This document shows, in pieces, positions 1 through 12,686 of a DNA stretch of 64,000 nucleotides (position 1 is its first letter; each line of letters starts with the position of its first letter). Both the position numbers and the translations under genes were made by a program. This DNA comes from Bigelowiella natans CCMP2755 (taxonomy: Eukaryota; Protista; Cercozoa): positions 26,206-90,205 of the forward strand of contig ADNK01000513.1 of assembly GCA_000320545.1 (NCBI GenBank), written 5' to 3'. The notes below the pieces were generated by a model that worked only from the letters and a program-made list of their open reading frames with translations, was not told the origin of the DNA and made no database searches.

Positions 1-162
1 GCTGTAGTTACAAATTCGTACAGCAGTTATCTCACGAATAAGATCGTAAAGATCTCCGACTTATAATCAAAATCTTTGAAGACACACCAAAGTTGACTAA
101 TACATTTACTGAATCATTGACGAGCTCCTTCGAGCGGTAGAATTGTACTGACAGAATCCATA

Positions 163-1118
163 TTAAGATTCTCGGGACAGCAGCAAATCTTCTGTTGCTA
201 CTGGAAAAGGTATTGGCTCTCCCATTATTGAGGAAGCAGACGTAGAGAATAACGATCTTAATACAGCCGGGATTCTCAATGAACTTTCCTCGACGTCTGT
301 AATCTCGTGCTTCCTTACGTGTCCTCGACCATCCAATTCAAATACGGAGAGAAGGTCTATCCTGATGGGGGCGCTCTGCATGAATAACCGCGGATACGCT
401 GTTATGGACCACCGGCATCGAATGTAGCGCGCCATGGGATCAACATCCTTCCGTATTTTACATTGCGAAACTTCTACCCATCCCAAGGCTAACTTTGATG
501 TCCACCGTAACCGCTCAAACCAAGTCTAGAAAATATTTACGGTCAGTTTCTGCAAGGAAGATGGATTTGGAACGAAGTATGAAGATTAAACAATGTTGAA
601 CCTTGTAGGATTGCTTTCCAAGGACCTCGATGTCCATGCCAATTCTTTCAAACTCAAGTTTCAATTGAACGTCATCCCGAAACAGTTCCAGAGAAGGCCC
701 AACATCAACAATTCGAGGAATTTCATATTGAATAGAATCGATCAAGCGCCCTTTATTGAGAAGGAATTCTTCTTCTTTATTTTTCTGTTTACACCTGATT
801 GAGTAGTATTATATAAGCTTGCCTGTTTCAAATTTCATGTACCCTTCTTTTTATTGTCTTCCTTTTCGTTTGTAAAAGTGGTTACCTTCTTCTCACCGCA
901 GTAGGATCAGCTACTTCAACATCCATGACTTTCATGACATCGGAATATTCTTTGCTACTACTTGGGATTGGAAGTCTTGTAGAATGACGGAGAAAGGGTA
1001 AACGGCTCGCTACTTTTGTGCTTGACCTTCTACTTATCGTTGACCGGTAAGAAGTCGAAGCCACAATATGCACTGCAAACCCTTGGAAGAATATTATCCC
1101 GAGAAGAAATGTCAACAT
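163..1118 (-). CDS. DUF2358/C6orf136-like (NTF2-fold) protein with bipartite signal + transit peptide, 3 exons
   Basis: Spliced via GT-AG introns: MLTFLLGIIFFQGFAVHIVA-STSYRSTISRRSSTK...RRR|CKQKNKEEEFLLNKGRLIDSIQYEIPRIVDVGPSLELFRDDVQL...GKQSYK|TWFERLRW...RCRWSITAYPRLF...SVFELDGRGHVRKHEI. Matches the DUF2358 pattern (F.LN.G..I..L..E.P...IY.DD; RW...PR...S.Y.LD..G.I..H). Confidence 0.7.
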
Positions 1119-1802
1119 TTTGACTCAGCCACCTCTTCAACACCGAGATTCGAGGATGATGAGAGGAATCCGAGTAGGGTGGGGGTGGGAGGCTTTTTCT
1201 ATTTTAAGATTCAAGGTGGAGCAGCCGAACTCAGTACCATATTAATAGTAAAATGCGTCATCATTCTTTTCATGACGTAATTAAAAATGACAGATATTTT
1301 GGTATTATTTTCGAGATGATACGTACTATTCGAATTTTGGACATTATACTCATAGTCTCCTTTGACTTTGTTCACGTTATGTCGAAGGTGGACACGATTG
1401 GGCTTTACTTATGAACGACAGAATATTTTCCATATTTCTTATATGAAAACAGAGGGGGTTCTTTCTCTTAAGGTTGTCGTTGCTGGCAGTGTGTTTGCTA
1501 CTTTTGCGTTCTCTTTTTTCGGTGTAGTCCGCATGTTTTTCCAATCACATTTTATATTTTGAACCTCCATTTTAATGTCGGAGGATCGGCGATATTAACT
1601 TCTCGTAGTCTAAATGCCGCGCAAATTAATTTAGCGGCTGTCTTACTTCCAAAACGTATTCTTCATTCATGATGACTTTTTACATGCGACAACATGATAT
1701 CTAAGTCATAGAGTGTTTTTTATATAAGTTTAAACGACAACCTCATCTTCATGTCGCAGTTAGAAATTGTGGGGCAGGATTTGGAGATACATCCCAGTGA
1801 GG

Positions 1803-3297
1803 ATGCTCTCCACAGGTGCGTGCTCGTACCTTATACGTGTTCTGCCGTTTGAAGACTACTGTTGCAGATTCTTTGGTTACGTTCTTCCATTTGGTTGCTT
1901 GATAGGTATCGTTCTTGCAGTTTTGGCCATCTCTCTCGTACTCACAGCGTTGGCACTCGTGGGTAAGATATTGGTTTCGCGTAGCAATGACAGGTACAAG
2001 TTTGTTATTCCGATGTCCGGGCCCGAATCTGCACGCATTATCACTCACTCCATTATTTCCTTCAGGTTTGTCAGAGTCAGAAATCTCTATGTATACCCCG
2101 TAAAATCGTGCGGAGCCACCGAACTCAAAGAAGCAGAAATCACACGGCTGGGGTAGCTTCTTAATTCTCATGAGTCACGTGAATCAGAGAGAGAGGCATC
2201 AATGTTGCGACACAGGTTGAAGTGGGATCGATCCTTCGTTGTGGCAGACTCGAAAAGTAATCCCTAAAAGATTGAAGAAGAACGCTATTATTTGATTATA
2301 GTCGTATTGCTGCATCACCAAGACTCAGTAGTCTGTTTCTTGCAAAGGTAATGAGATGGTAAGCCAGAGGAAATACCCGAAGATGGCATTAATTCAGGTC
2401 ACCACCCATATAGTAGAGCATGACTATGGAAGGATGTTGTCCTGATCAATATTTGTTTGGATTGCTTCATATCCAACACCTGACAGCCTACGGTAGAAGA
2501 AAAGGACGGAACAATAACGCTGACATTGAGTTATCCTGGGCAATCCCCGGTCGCGATTTACACTTAATTTCTTATTCTTCTAATGACATATGTCAGCAAC
2601 ATGTGGCTTCGCTTCCAAACAGTTCTCCGTGAACATTACATTTAATAGTCAGTGAAATGTCCTGCATTTGTGCTTCCTAATGTATCGTTCGATATGACCG
2701 AGTTCTATTCTCTTCTCTCACCACGCGCCCTACCACTCCCAGCACGAGGAAAAGCTTACCAAAGCTGATATCTCCAGCATGCCAAAAGTTGAAGTTAAGG
2801 TCGGGTGCTCGAGTTGCACACATGCGGAGAAGATCGTTTGCTCTATAAATCTTATCTCCCAAAACAACGACGACTTATCGAGAGAACGACGACATGACGA
2901 GGAAGAGATGGGATTTTGTATTCGAATTCGAATATAACATTTTGAATTTCGTTTGAATAGAATTGTTACTTATTTGTTCCTTCATATCTTCCTGGGTCCT
3001 AACAACTCAAACATGGTAGGTCTGGAAAGATGTTATATCAGCGGTGCGATGCAGTTCTGAAGCCGCCCAGTGGTATTTGTCTTTCTTTTTCATTTTAAAA
3101 GTTTCTTACTATTCCTCTTCATCTCATCCTGTGTCAATATCTATTTCTTCTTCTTCTTCTTCTTCTTCTTCTTCTTCTTCTTCTTCTTCTTCTTCTTCTT
3201 CATTCTAGGCTCACAAAGGTGATAGGGGTTGAGTGCTACCTCGTCTCGGTATGTTAACCAGCACGTTACGCATATTTATGCCATGATTACTCTCTCG

Positions 3298-3370
<73 letters not shown>

Positions 3371-3520
3371 CCGCGCGCGGCATGCTTGCATGTTCGTTTG
3401 TGCGTATTTTTGATCGTCCTCTTGGTTGGTAGAGCTTGGGCGAACAAGCTCACTGGCGACCTGCGGCAGATGGATACAAGGTGTGAGCATAGAATTAACA
3501 AAAGATATGATGATGATGAC

Positions 3521-3556
<36 letters not shown>

Positions 3557-3680
3557 CACAAGGTGTGAGCAGTGGTGGTGGTGGTGAGTTATGAGCAATG
3601 ATACCCGATCAACTCACAGCCTAAAGCAATATATTGCGTGATTTGCATTCAGAATAAAAAAATACAAAAATTACCCAAAC

Positions 3681-3726
<46 letters not shown>

Positions 3727-4169
3727 TTAAATTTATTTATTAAAATAGTGAGAGAGAGCCAGAGAGAGAGAGAGAAAGAGATAGAGAGTGGTGTATAGAT
3801 TTTAACATAATAACAAAGTTGGTATATTCATTACTATGTAAAGAATAATGCAATTAGAGCCGAAAACAATTAATGGAACAGAAGTAGAGCGTATAGAGTA
3901 TCATATCACCTCTTTCCTACTCTTCTCCATCCTCTTACGTGTGTGTGTGTGTACTTGCTCCACATCCTTTTCCCTTGTTGTCAAGACTCATGAGGGAGAT
4001 CAAGCAGGGGCGTTTTCGGATGGATTTCCGTTCCTCCTCGCTTCTCAGGTTCAAGTGTTGTTGTTCAGATGCATCGACAGCCTCCTCTTCGCTTGCATAC
4101 ACAAGTATTGTTGTAAACGGGAAGTATGTCAACGCAATATAGTAAGATATAAAGACAAGTAAATAGAGT

Positions 4170-4205
<36 letters not shown>

Positions 4206-5744
4206 GTGTATACACAAAGGTAAATGCTTTTCCACATCTTTTCGTCGTGTTGGTGTTTGTTTGTATGATTTATATTCACGTGCACCCCACGCTCGGACAC
4301 ACGCTTCTTCGTTACAGGAAAGCTTGGACGCTTTGAATGCGAAATTGAAGTAAGGCAGTCACCGCCGTCGTTGTCGTAGTATTAGAAAACATAGTTTTTG
4401 GGTTCGAAGCATCTTTACTACTACATTTCCCGCTTTTCGCCCTTATCTTCCTCACGTTATTTCAAAGAAAAAGCTATTGCTTGTGGTTTAATTCGTTATC
4501 GTTCATCGTTCCATTTTAAAAAACTTGCTACTACTACTACTACTACTACTACTGCTACTCTACTACAATAACATCCCATTTGTCGTTCGTCACAAAGGAT
4601 GAAGGGCGAGTCAGTCGTGCCAATGGATCGATTCAGGCCCAATATTGTTGTCAAAAGTAAGTCACGAAACTACTGAAAGAGTTGTTTCAGCGTGCATGAA
4701 ACTCTGCAGACGATGATTATAATTATGATTATTTTTATTTTGATGCAGCACAAAATATTGTACAAAAATGTAATTTCTCAGTGATTTTCTCATTCCCCCC
4801 CCCCCCCTTGCCCTGAAAGATGTGAGCGAGCCTTTCGCCGAAGATTATTGGGCCCAGGTATTACTTGCACGCGCCACATAACAACGCTGTTGTGTGTTTG
4901 CTTTCAGGCGATAATCACATGATAATAGAACCCCACTTTAATCCTTAAAAAACGATCCAATTTACCTAGTCACAAAGCAGATGGCTGCGGTGATCGCGTC
5001 TTCTTTAATTTCATCATGTTTTTATTTCATCCTCATTCTCCTCACTGGTTTTGTTTTTGATGTGCCTTGTTCATCATTCCTGTGCTCTGCTATCATAATA
5101 CACTAGATTCAGATCGGGGCCAGTACCATCTTTCGGGTTGCAAAGCCTTGCTCACGGTGAGCAAGATGTAGTATCATCATGCCGTCTCTTATTTCTACAA
5201 TGCAAGGGGAGACAGAGTAAAGAGGGGGGGATGGATGGGCTTCTATAATCTTAATAATTAAGAGACAATAATATGCTCACCGACATATCATCGTACACTT
5301 TCCTCCCACCCTCCGTGCTCGGTGCAAGTGCTGGTAGTGGTTATGCGACGTACTTTAAACGCAAACGATCGACGGGGATGAGAATAATGACGACGATGAT
5401 GATGGATGATAATGAGGGAACAATCAATTGCAACCACGAATAGGTGTAGCATGCCCACTGTCGATCAGAAAATCGGACAACGCCATCCGAAAAACGAGCC
5501 ATCGCGGACACTCAAGTAGCTGTTCCTTTCTTCTTTCTTAGTCATGATGTACGGTTCGAAGAATGATGATCCATATCCTCCAGCATTTAATATTTGCCGG
5601 CGTCATCGTCCCTTTCTGCTCCCGCTAAATCGTTACCTGCCTTACAGGACTTTCAGGATGTTTCGCTGGGTCAAATCAACGAAGGTTTTGAGGCTGCCTG
5701 CTGCTACTTCGAGCGCATGCGTGTGAAAATATGCAAGCATGTGC

Positions 5745-5782
<38 letters not shown>

Positions 5783-6233
5783 CAGTCCTGCTCAGTCTTT
5801 ATAATATGCAGGAGGAGGTTTACTTTGGTCAAAATCTCATTTGTGCAAAGAAAACTGGAAGGTTTCCACGTTAACCTTCTCTGCTTAGCATTAGCGTATG
5901 ATGAATGTAGAGACCAGAATGTGATGATTCTTAACGGATTTCCACGAAATTTGCTTGTCGCCTTCATACTTGGCAATGCCAAACACTAGTACTGCCGTGG
6001 TTGCTGCTTTTCTACCACTAGCATAGCCACTAACTACTACGCACTACTACACCACCACCGCACTTTTTTTATTTGCTATTTGCATGGTTCATTGGTTTTT
6101 CCTCTCTCTCTTGATCCATGTTAGGATCCGAGTCGATGACCCTGTCAAAGTGCGTTGTGTTGCCAGTGGTGTGGGTAGGCAGAATAGCATCATGACACAA
6201 ATCATGGTTACGGTTGCTGAGAAATTACTCTGA
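1803..6233 (+). CDS. MOSC-domain (mARC-like) molybdoprotein with N-terminal membrane anchor, about 18 exons
   Basis: Exons give VRNLYVYPVKSCG, LKWDRSFVV, MVSQRKYPKMALIQ, VWKD, GAFSDGFPFLLASQESLDALN, PMDRFRPNIVV, EPFAEDYW, FRVAKPCSRCSMPTVDQ, NEPSRTL, VYFGQNL, GRIRVDDPV. TGA at 6231-6233. These are canonical MOSC_N and MOSC motifs, including the Mo-ligating CxRC. Confidence 0.92.
3146..5780. repeat. Intronic microsatellite cluster in the MOSC gene: (CTT)n, (CA)n(TA)n, (GAT)n, (TA)n, (GA)n, (GT)n, (CTA)n
   Basis: Directly visible runs at 3146, 3300, 3335, 3508, 3683, 4175, 4528 and 5749. Similar clusters occur in introns of the RA-PH-RGS, acylated hypothetical, asparaginase, SET and SCS-beta genes. 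Confidence 0.95.
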
Positions 6234-6877
6234 TGCATGGCTTACAATCAAGCCGCTCCAACCGATCTTGCATCAGGCTAGAAACGGCATTACTGTATAT
6301 GTGCTTAACGTTTCTCGTATCACAAGAACTACGCAGTACTGCACAAGCAGCAACCATGCAATCTAGCAATGCATGCAGCATCAGTGTGATATCAGAGTCG
6401 CGACAACTAGATACATTTGCGCCCAGACGTTAGGCAGCCACCACTAGACCAGCACAGACATGCGCTGGAGCGTTTCGTGTGTGGTAGCAGCATGCTAGCA
6501 TGCATGTACATGTAGTATTTAGATCTATATATAGCTGTGCGCACATCTAGACAATGGCTAGATGAATGTCGCCGGCTTCGTTGTAGATCATGTTGAATGA
6601 CTGATACATCTGCCTACTATTTATAGCTTCATGCAGAATATAAGAAGCACTACATCGCTACCATCAACAACAACGCCTCTTAGAAAATGTCACAGGTACG
6701 TGAAGGTTCCAGTCCTTTTCACTGTGTGGGCTTTACATTGCATGGACGTGAGATCTTCCCCTGCATGCTTACTTCTGATTGAATGAGGGTTTGACACCGT
6801 AGTGTGCATGGCATTTAAGATTCTAGAGATTGGGCATTCGAATGTGGAGCGACAAGCTAGCTTGCTCGACCTAGTTT
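6234..6877. other. Palindrome-rich convergent 3' spacer (MOSC/TMX)
   Basis: Non-coding, with GCATGCTAGCATGCATGTACATGTA, TCTAGA and TGTGCGCACA. Confidence 0.7.
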
Positions 6878-8195
6878 CTATTTTTTCTTCTTGTTCCTTT
6901 TCTTGATTCTCTTGTCGTCATCGTGCTGGTCGTCTTGTTGTCTGGTATTTTTCTTCTTGGGAGACTTCTTTTTCTTCTTTTTTTTCTTTCCACAGTGCCT
7001 AGGTGTGAGTGCAGATAAAATGACAACAGTACATATTTATCACCTTCCACCTTCAATTAAAGCCAACTACACACGTACTTGTTCCAAACGGTTTCTTCAA
7101 AAGTCTTTCCCGTGACGTAAAGCACACCGAACCATAAGATCCTAATGGAGATTAGGTAATATCCACATGCTCTACACCACGAAGATCGGGAATACCACGT
7201 AAATTTATACCTTGCAGGCATCTCAGCGAGTCCTTGTTTCATTAGAAATCCCACTGGCCAGAAGAATACAAATCCTGCGATGTACTCGAGCACAGGCCCT
7301 TGAAAGAGGGGAAGTGTGCTAAGTTTTCAAACAATATTATTCAATTAAAAAATAAACCTATGATCTCTTCGATGATGTCCTTTGGTTTCGGGACTGGCTT
7401 GAAGGACTCCCCACTGGCGTGCGACTGGGCGAAGTTCTTAACCCATTTTTTGGAAAACCTTTTTGTTTACGACGACGACGTCGTGACGAGAGGGATCAAC
7501 TCTTTCACCTTTAAAATCCAAAAGACTGTTCTTACGTCCTACTGCGATATTTTGCGTAATGAGCTTGCTCGATGAAGATGAGGGTCGGGGCTTCTGACTC
7601 ACGTACCTGCAGATTTACATTGTTAGGATATTTCTACTATTATTTCAATGTTCATTCAGGACCGAGAATCGCTCCAATAAGTCGGCATTTAATGGATTCT
7701 CGATGTCTACTGACGCAAATACGAGGCCTTTGCTTGTACGCTTGAGCTCGTTCGATAGGTCACTCATGATGCCTGGTGGATTATTAAGAGTTGAGTCTTC
7801 GAATAGGTACTTAGTGAAAAGCGTATCGCCTACCTTCCAGTTTCTGGCAGCGTGGACTTTTATTACAAAATGATACCACCCAATATCCACTATATTCGCC
7901 TCTGGAAGCCTGTTTTAGTGTTGTTGTCTTTAAATCCCTTTACTTTCGAGCCATTGCTTCGCTAATGTCCGACGAAAAGCACTCACACACGTAGTACCTG
8001 AGTTTTTGATTCGAAGTTGTTATTGTCCAACTTGATAACTTTTCCCTGTGCAGGCCTAGATATTCCCGCAATTATGAAAAAGAGAAGCCACGATGTCGGG
8101 CCAAAGCATCTTCCACGCTGTCGGGTTGTGAAGGCTCTCCAGGAAACAAGAGATGAATGCGATTCCATTCTGTCACTGACCAAATGCTGCCCCAT
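6878..8195 (-). CDS. TMX-like ER transmembrane thioredoxin-domain protein with atypical active site
   Basis: Signal-like LLFFIIAGISRPAQG, then KVIKLDNNNFESKTQ|ASRGEYSGYWVVSFCNKSPRCQKLE|...FASVDIENPLNADLLERFS|...PTLIFI...PVPKPK. Hydrophobic C-terminal segments and a basic tail ending KKRNKKKK* (TAG 6878-6880). The start could be 8195 or 8168. Confidence 0.8.
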
Positions 8196-8868
8196 ATTTG
8201 AACAAATTAGTGCATATATCTATATGTTAGTGTAGATGTGAAGCTTATGTATCTAAACATAACATCTCTCCTTAGTTTCCTCCTCCAACCATGAAGAAGC
8301 GATATCAAAATGGCAGGGTGTGAGATTTGCAACGCTCGAGGCCCATGCGGGCGTGCCCCACGCGTGAGCACGGTGCATTGCTTTCTCTCGGATCATCACA
8401 ATGTGATCCATACTTTTTACGTCGGGAAGTTCGAAAATACGTCGAAAACGGGCGCGCGCGTACATGTGCTGGCGGAGGAAAGTGGCAAGCCAGCTTGAGG
8501 GGGGCAAGCGGAACTGAATTGGAGTGCAAGGAGGCTGGTGGGCTAGGCACTTTTCCCGATTATTGCCGTAATATGGCATGTCGCACATGGAAAACTGCAT
8601 TGATTTATGATTTCTTGACGACCATCCCAGGATCCTTTTCAATTGCACCGTGAGAACACACGATGGAACCTTCATTCATTTCATTGAAATCACATCATTT
8701 GTTTGTTCATTCTGTTCATGATGAAGGTCGGAGGAAGACAGCTCGAAGTAGTTGTGGAAGGAGAAGATGGACGACCAATCTGAGCAATGCGTCCACACAC
8801 GAGCCAGCGAGGCTGCGATGCTTTGTGTGTTTTTCACCACATGCACGTCACGTTTTCATTTGAGCTCT

Positions 8869-8933
<65 letters not shown>

Positions 8934-8939
8934 TGTGTT

Positions 8940-9720
8940 CGCCAATTGAAACTTCTGCTGGCTTGGCGGTTCGATCTGTGCACGCACAACGCCAGAACGT
9001 GACGTCAGCAATGAACACCACTGCTGCGACTGGACTGGACCACACCAGCACAGCATGCGTGCGAAAATGAAACAAGTGGCACAGCCCAAAGGGCTCTGCC
9101 TGTCGCGCACTACAACCACATGTGATGCCAAGAACGTCTAGACGTGTGCTGTGAAACTGCACGTGCTGGCGTGTTCGATTCGTGCGTGCGTGCATGTGCG
9201 GCATCGCTAGATCGCATGCTTGCATTGGCGGCCCAAATGAAGCTAGCAAAGGGCTCTCTGCTTATCAAGCTAGCAAGTGCCACGGCACCAGCAGCTAGCC
9301 AGGGCATGCCACAGCTAGCCATGCCACCTGCGATGCACACCGCAGATCTGGCATGGCTAGCTAGCTAGCTAGCTAGTGGTGCATGCGCACGTGCTAGCAG
9401 CGTGCTAGCAGCGTGCTAGCGTGTCCAAATGATGCGATGTCTCACCTAGCTGCAGCTACAAAGACACATCTAGATCATCACGGGGATGCTAGGCGGATGC
9501 TGCACGCACATGCGTCTACACATGCTAGCATGTCTAGATGTCATCCCAGCATCACTGAGCACTTCTAGACTACATCGTTATTAATTCGTGCATGATACGA
9601 TGCGCTAGTGCTGAGCGTCTAGACGTGTGCCGCGCTAGCGCGCGACAGCTGTGCAATTCGATCGTGGGCATTGTGCACTAGTGCATGTCGAGATTGTTTC
9701 ATGTGTCCCGATAAATTCGA
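8940..9720. other. Palindrome-rich spacer downstream of coronin
   Basis: About 22 CTAG in 9241-9700 by hand count, including (CTAG)5 at about 9357 and GTGCTAGC x3. Confidence 0.75.
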
Positions 9721-9946
9721 ATTCGATTCGATTGAGTAACATGTGATCAACAAGACTCAAGAATCAACGTTGATAACTAATCAACATAAGGCCTTTTTGT
9801 ATTCATACTACAGTTTTGCCTATACCCTGTACCGCACGTTTACAGGAGACAGGAGTACGATATCTTTATTACTTCACAGCTATGATAAGAATCACGAATG
9901 AATTGCCACATCTCTGAATCTATTGATGCTGCAAATGCTTATTGAA

Positions 9947-11384
9947 TTACTTGGAAAGCTCCGCAACCTTAGCTTCAAGTGCCTTAATCTTCTCCTTAAG
10001 CTCCTTGTTCTCAGCAATGAGATCAGCCTTAGTTTGGATTTTCACACCTCCAACTGTCGCGTCTTGATTTTTGGGATCCATTGAGCGGGTAACAGGTGCT
10101 TTATTCTCACCTGAAAGCCACTCAGCCCCAGCAAGCGAAGGTACTCCAGCATAAGCAGCAGGATAGAGGTCCTTCGCGAAAAGCTGCGATTTACGTGGAA
10201 CGATGAAATCTACAGGCTGAATTTTATCACGGAAGAGCAGCAACGACTTTGCGATCATGCACTTCTTCCATTCGCACATGAGCTTAGGAAGAAAATAGAA
10301 GCCCTTGATGCCCGTTCCAATGTTATGAAGCGAAAGCTTATGCCTGAGTGACGAGTCACATCAATGTTCGAGTCAAATCAGTTGTTACTAAGTAATCTAC
10401 AGATTTTCACTTACATGTCGCCCTTGGAATTGAGCTCGAAGTACTTAATTTGTGATCCACCCTTGCATCCAATGTATAGCATCTTTGTGTCAGGATCGTA
10501 GTTGCAGAGCATCATACCAGCGGAATCATCAACTTCAAACTCAGTGATTGGCTCGCTCAACTTCTTCAAATCGTACAGGTGGTATTCGTGGCATCCCATT
10601 TTGGATCCACCAACACCGAAAAGTCCGACGTTGTCATGGAAAATATTTTTTGCATTAGTGAAATCTTGCTTGAAATTAAAAGCTGCCTTGTCGGATCGAG
10701 GGTCCCAAATGACCGACCTTTTGTTAGAGCAAGCAGTTGCAGCCAAGCTACCATCACTATTAAATTCGAGGCAGGTCGCAACACCGCCAACGTCAAATTC
10801 CTTCGCTTCCTTGCTTTCTTCAACGTCCCAAATTTTGACAACACCATCATGTGAGGCACTCCCAAGAATACCCTGCGCGCAAGGGTGCCACTTGACAAAG
10901 TCTACCTTCTTTTGGTGACCTACATACGGTACAATAATTCTCAAGGCACAGATCTCACTTTAAATCTCGATGCATCTTAGATATCTCTCCCTCAATGATG
11001 ATTACCTTCGAGTAAAAGTGAGGATGTAGGTTCACCCTTAAAAGTAGATGGATCATCAGGAAGCACAGAAACACCGACCATGCAGTCTTCCGAGGCTGTC
11101 GCAACAACTTTGGAGTCAAAATTGCTGAAAGCAAAGTCTTGCACTTTCGAGGTATGAACGTTCAACTTGGCAGCCCCCATTCCAATACGGCCAGTCTTTC
11201 CGTAGGGCATTACAGAGCATGGACCTCCACCTCCAGCTGTGGAGTGAATTATGTACTTGTCACTTGCGGCAAGGTGGTTTCCATCACCGTAGGTAGCAAG
11301 TTTAATATCGAAGTAAGTATTTTCCTTCTTTGCACCCTGTCCGAAAACGTGGCGGAAGTGGGATTTGCGTACAAAACGTGACAT
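9947..11384 (-). CDS. Coronin (WD40 actin-binding protein with C-terminal coiled coil), 3 exons
   Basis: MSRFVRKSHFRHVFGQ N-terminus, WD repeats (ATASEDCMV, GHQKKV..VKWHP, SASHDGVVKIWD), KGGSQIKYFEL, FIVPRKSQLFAKDLYP, coiled coil LIAENKELKEKIKALEAKVAEL. Confidence 0.95.
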
Positions 11385-11855
11385 TATTTCGTGCGAGCAG
11401 GCCTAGAGGAAGATTCGTGTTCCTTTTCTTGATCTTCCTGGTGGAGGGTGGTTTGTATCAGACTGATTTGTTTCAGGATACGATCTTATTTAGAATTTTA
11501 AAGGGCGATAAGGATGTAACATATTTTGTATTGAAGACAAGAACAAAACTAGGTATTTTATCAAATATAAAATTTATGAAAACCGTATTTAGACACTTTT
11601 TATCTGGAAATTTATATATCTTGTGAGAGTCTTGCGTGTGCAATCCGAGATGATTTAGCAGATACTCACTTAAAAAAGGCCGAGGAGGTGATAGTATTAC
11701 CATAAACAGACTCAATTTCAAGTAGAACAGACGAATACCGGTATTGAATCTGCAAACCGGCTTTAGAACATTTTTGAAAGCCGAGATATTTGCTTCAAGA
11801 AATTTTTGGATTTGTCGTTCTCGGTTTATCCCGATCAGATTTTGGCGCAAAATCC

Positions 11856-12087
11856 ATGGAAATTGAAAATGCGCAGCACTACGAGCTCGAATCTGAACAA
11901 AAAGACAAAAAGCATAAATTTTACGAAATCATGGAAATTTTGTACGAAAATCGTGGGGATTTGCTCTTGCGGTAAAATGCGCCCCTCAGATTATGTATCA
12001 ACTCTCAATTTTAGAGTCGATCAAAAACATTCGCTGAGCTGAACAGACAGCTATGTATCAGCCTCCGAGCCGCCTAGAAACATTGAG
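11856..12087 (+). other. Two candidate exons, either an upstream part of the RA-PH-RGS transcript or a small separate gene
   Basis: ATG at 11856 gives MEIENAQ...RGDLLLR, donor GTAAAA at 11972, acceptor CAG at 12050, in-frame YVSASEPPRNIE, strong donor GAG|GTAAGG. The downstream junction could not be resolved. Confidence 0.3.
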
Positions 12088-12686
12088 GTAAGGAAGTGTT
12101 AAAAAACCAACAAAGTGATTTAATCGAATTTTCGACCCTCGAAATCATATTGCGACTCGTGATCGATACTATCCAAACAACAGATGATATTTACGCATCG
12201 AGGAAATATCCTAGAAATATTGACAGTCTTCAAGCTCACAGTATGGACAATTCCTGGTGCAAAAATGACTTGCGACATGATAAATTTCTGACGAATACAA
12301 GTGCTTGTCGTCACTCAAATAATAGGAGTATGGGGATCCTAGGCTGCAGGCGAACCATTTGGGTGATGAGCGATGTACATGTTACCTGCCCTAAGATTCT
12401 AATATCCTCCGCCCATGACTTCTCCTCATGAGAGAAATTCTTTGATTACATAGTAAATCTAGAATATAAATTTTGGCGAATAAATTCACCGGCGGTGGGA
12501 AGTTACGAAATTAATTGGATGTGATTCAGATGTCCAATTCTCATTCGATGTTATTTACAGCACTTCACCGAATGGGGATTGTCAACATTTTAGATACATA
12601 TTCTAGAAATCCAACGCAAGTTGACACGAGGCAAGAACCAGCACAAATACTTGATCTAACACTCAACGTGAAGCTCATCTTTAAAT

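Noticed and set aside
2540-2550. GC donor in the MOSC gene (CCTGG|GCAAT)
   Set aside because: A GT donor about 10 nt later (CCG|GTCGC) joins in phase to SVKCPAFVLPN, while the GC option leads to stops.
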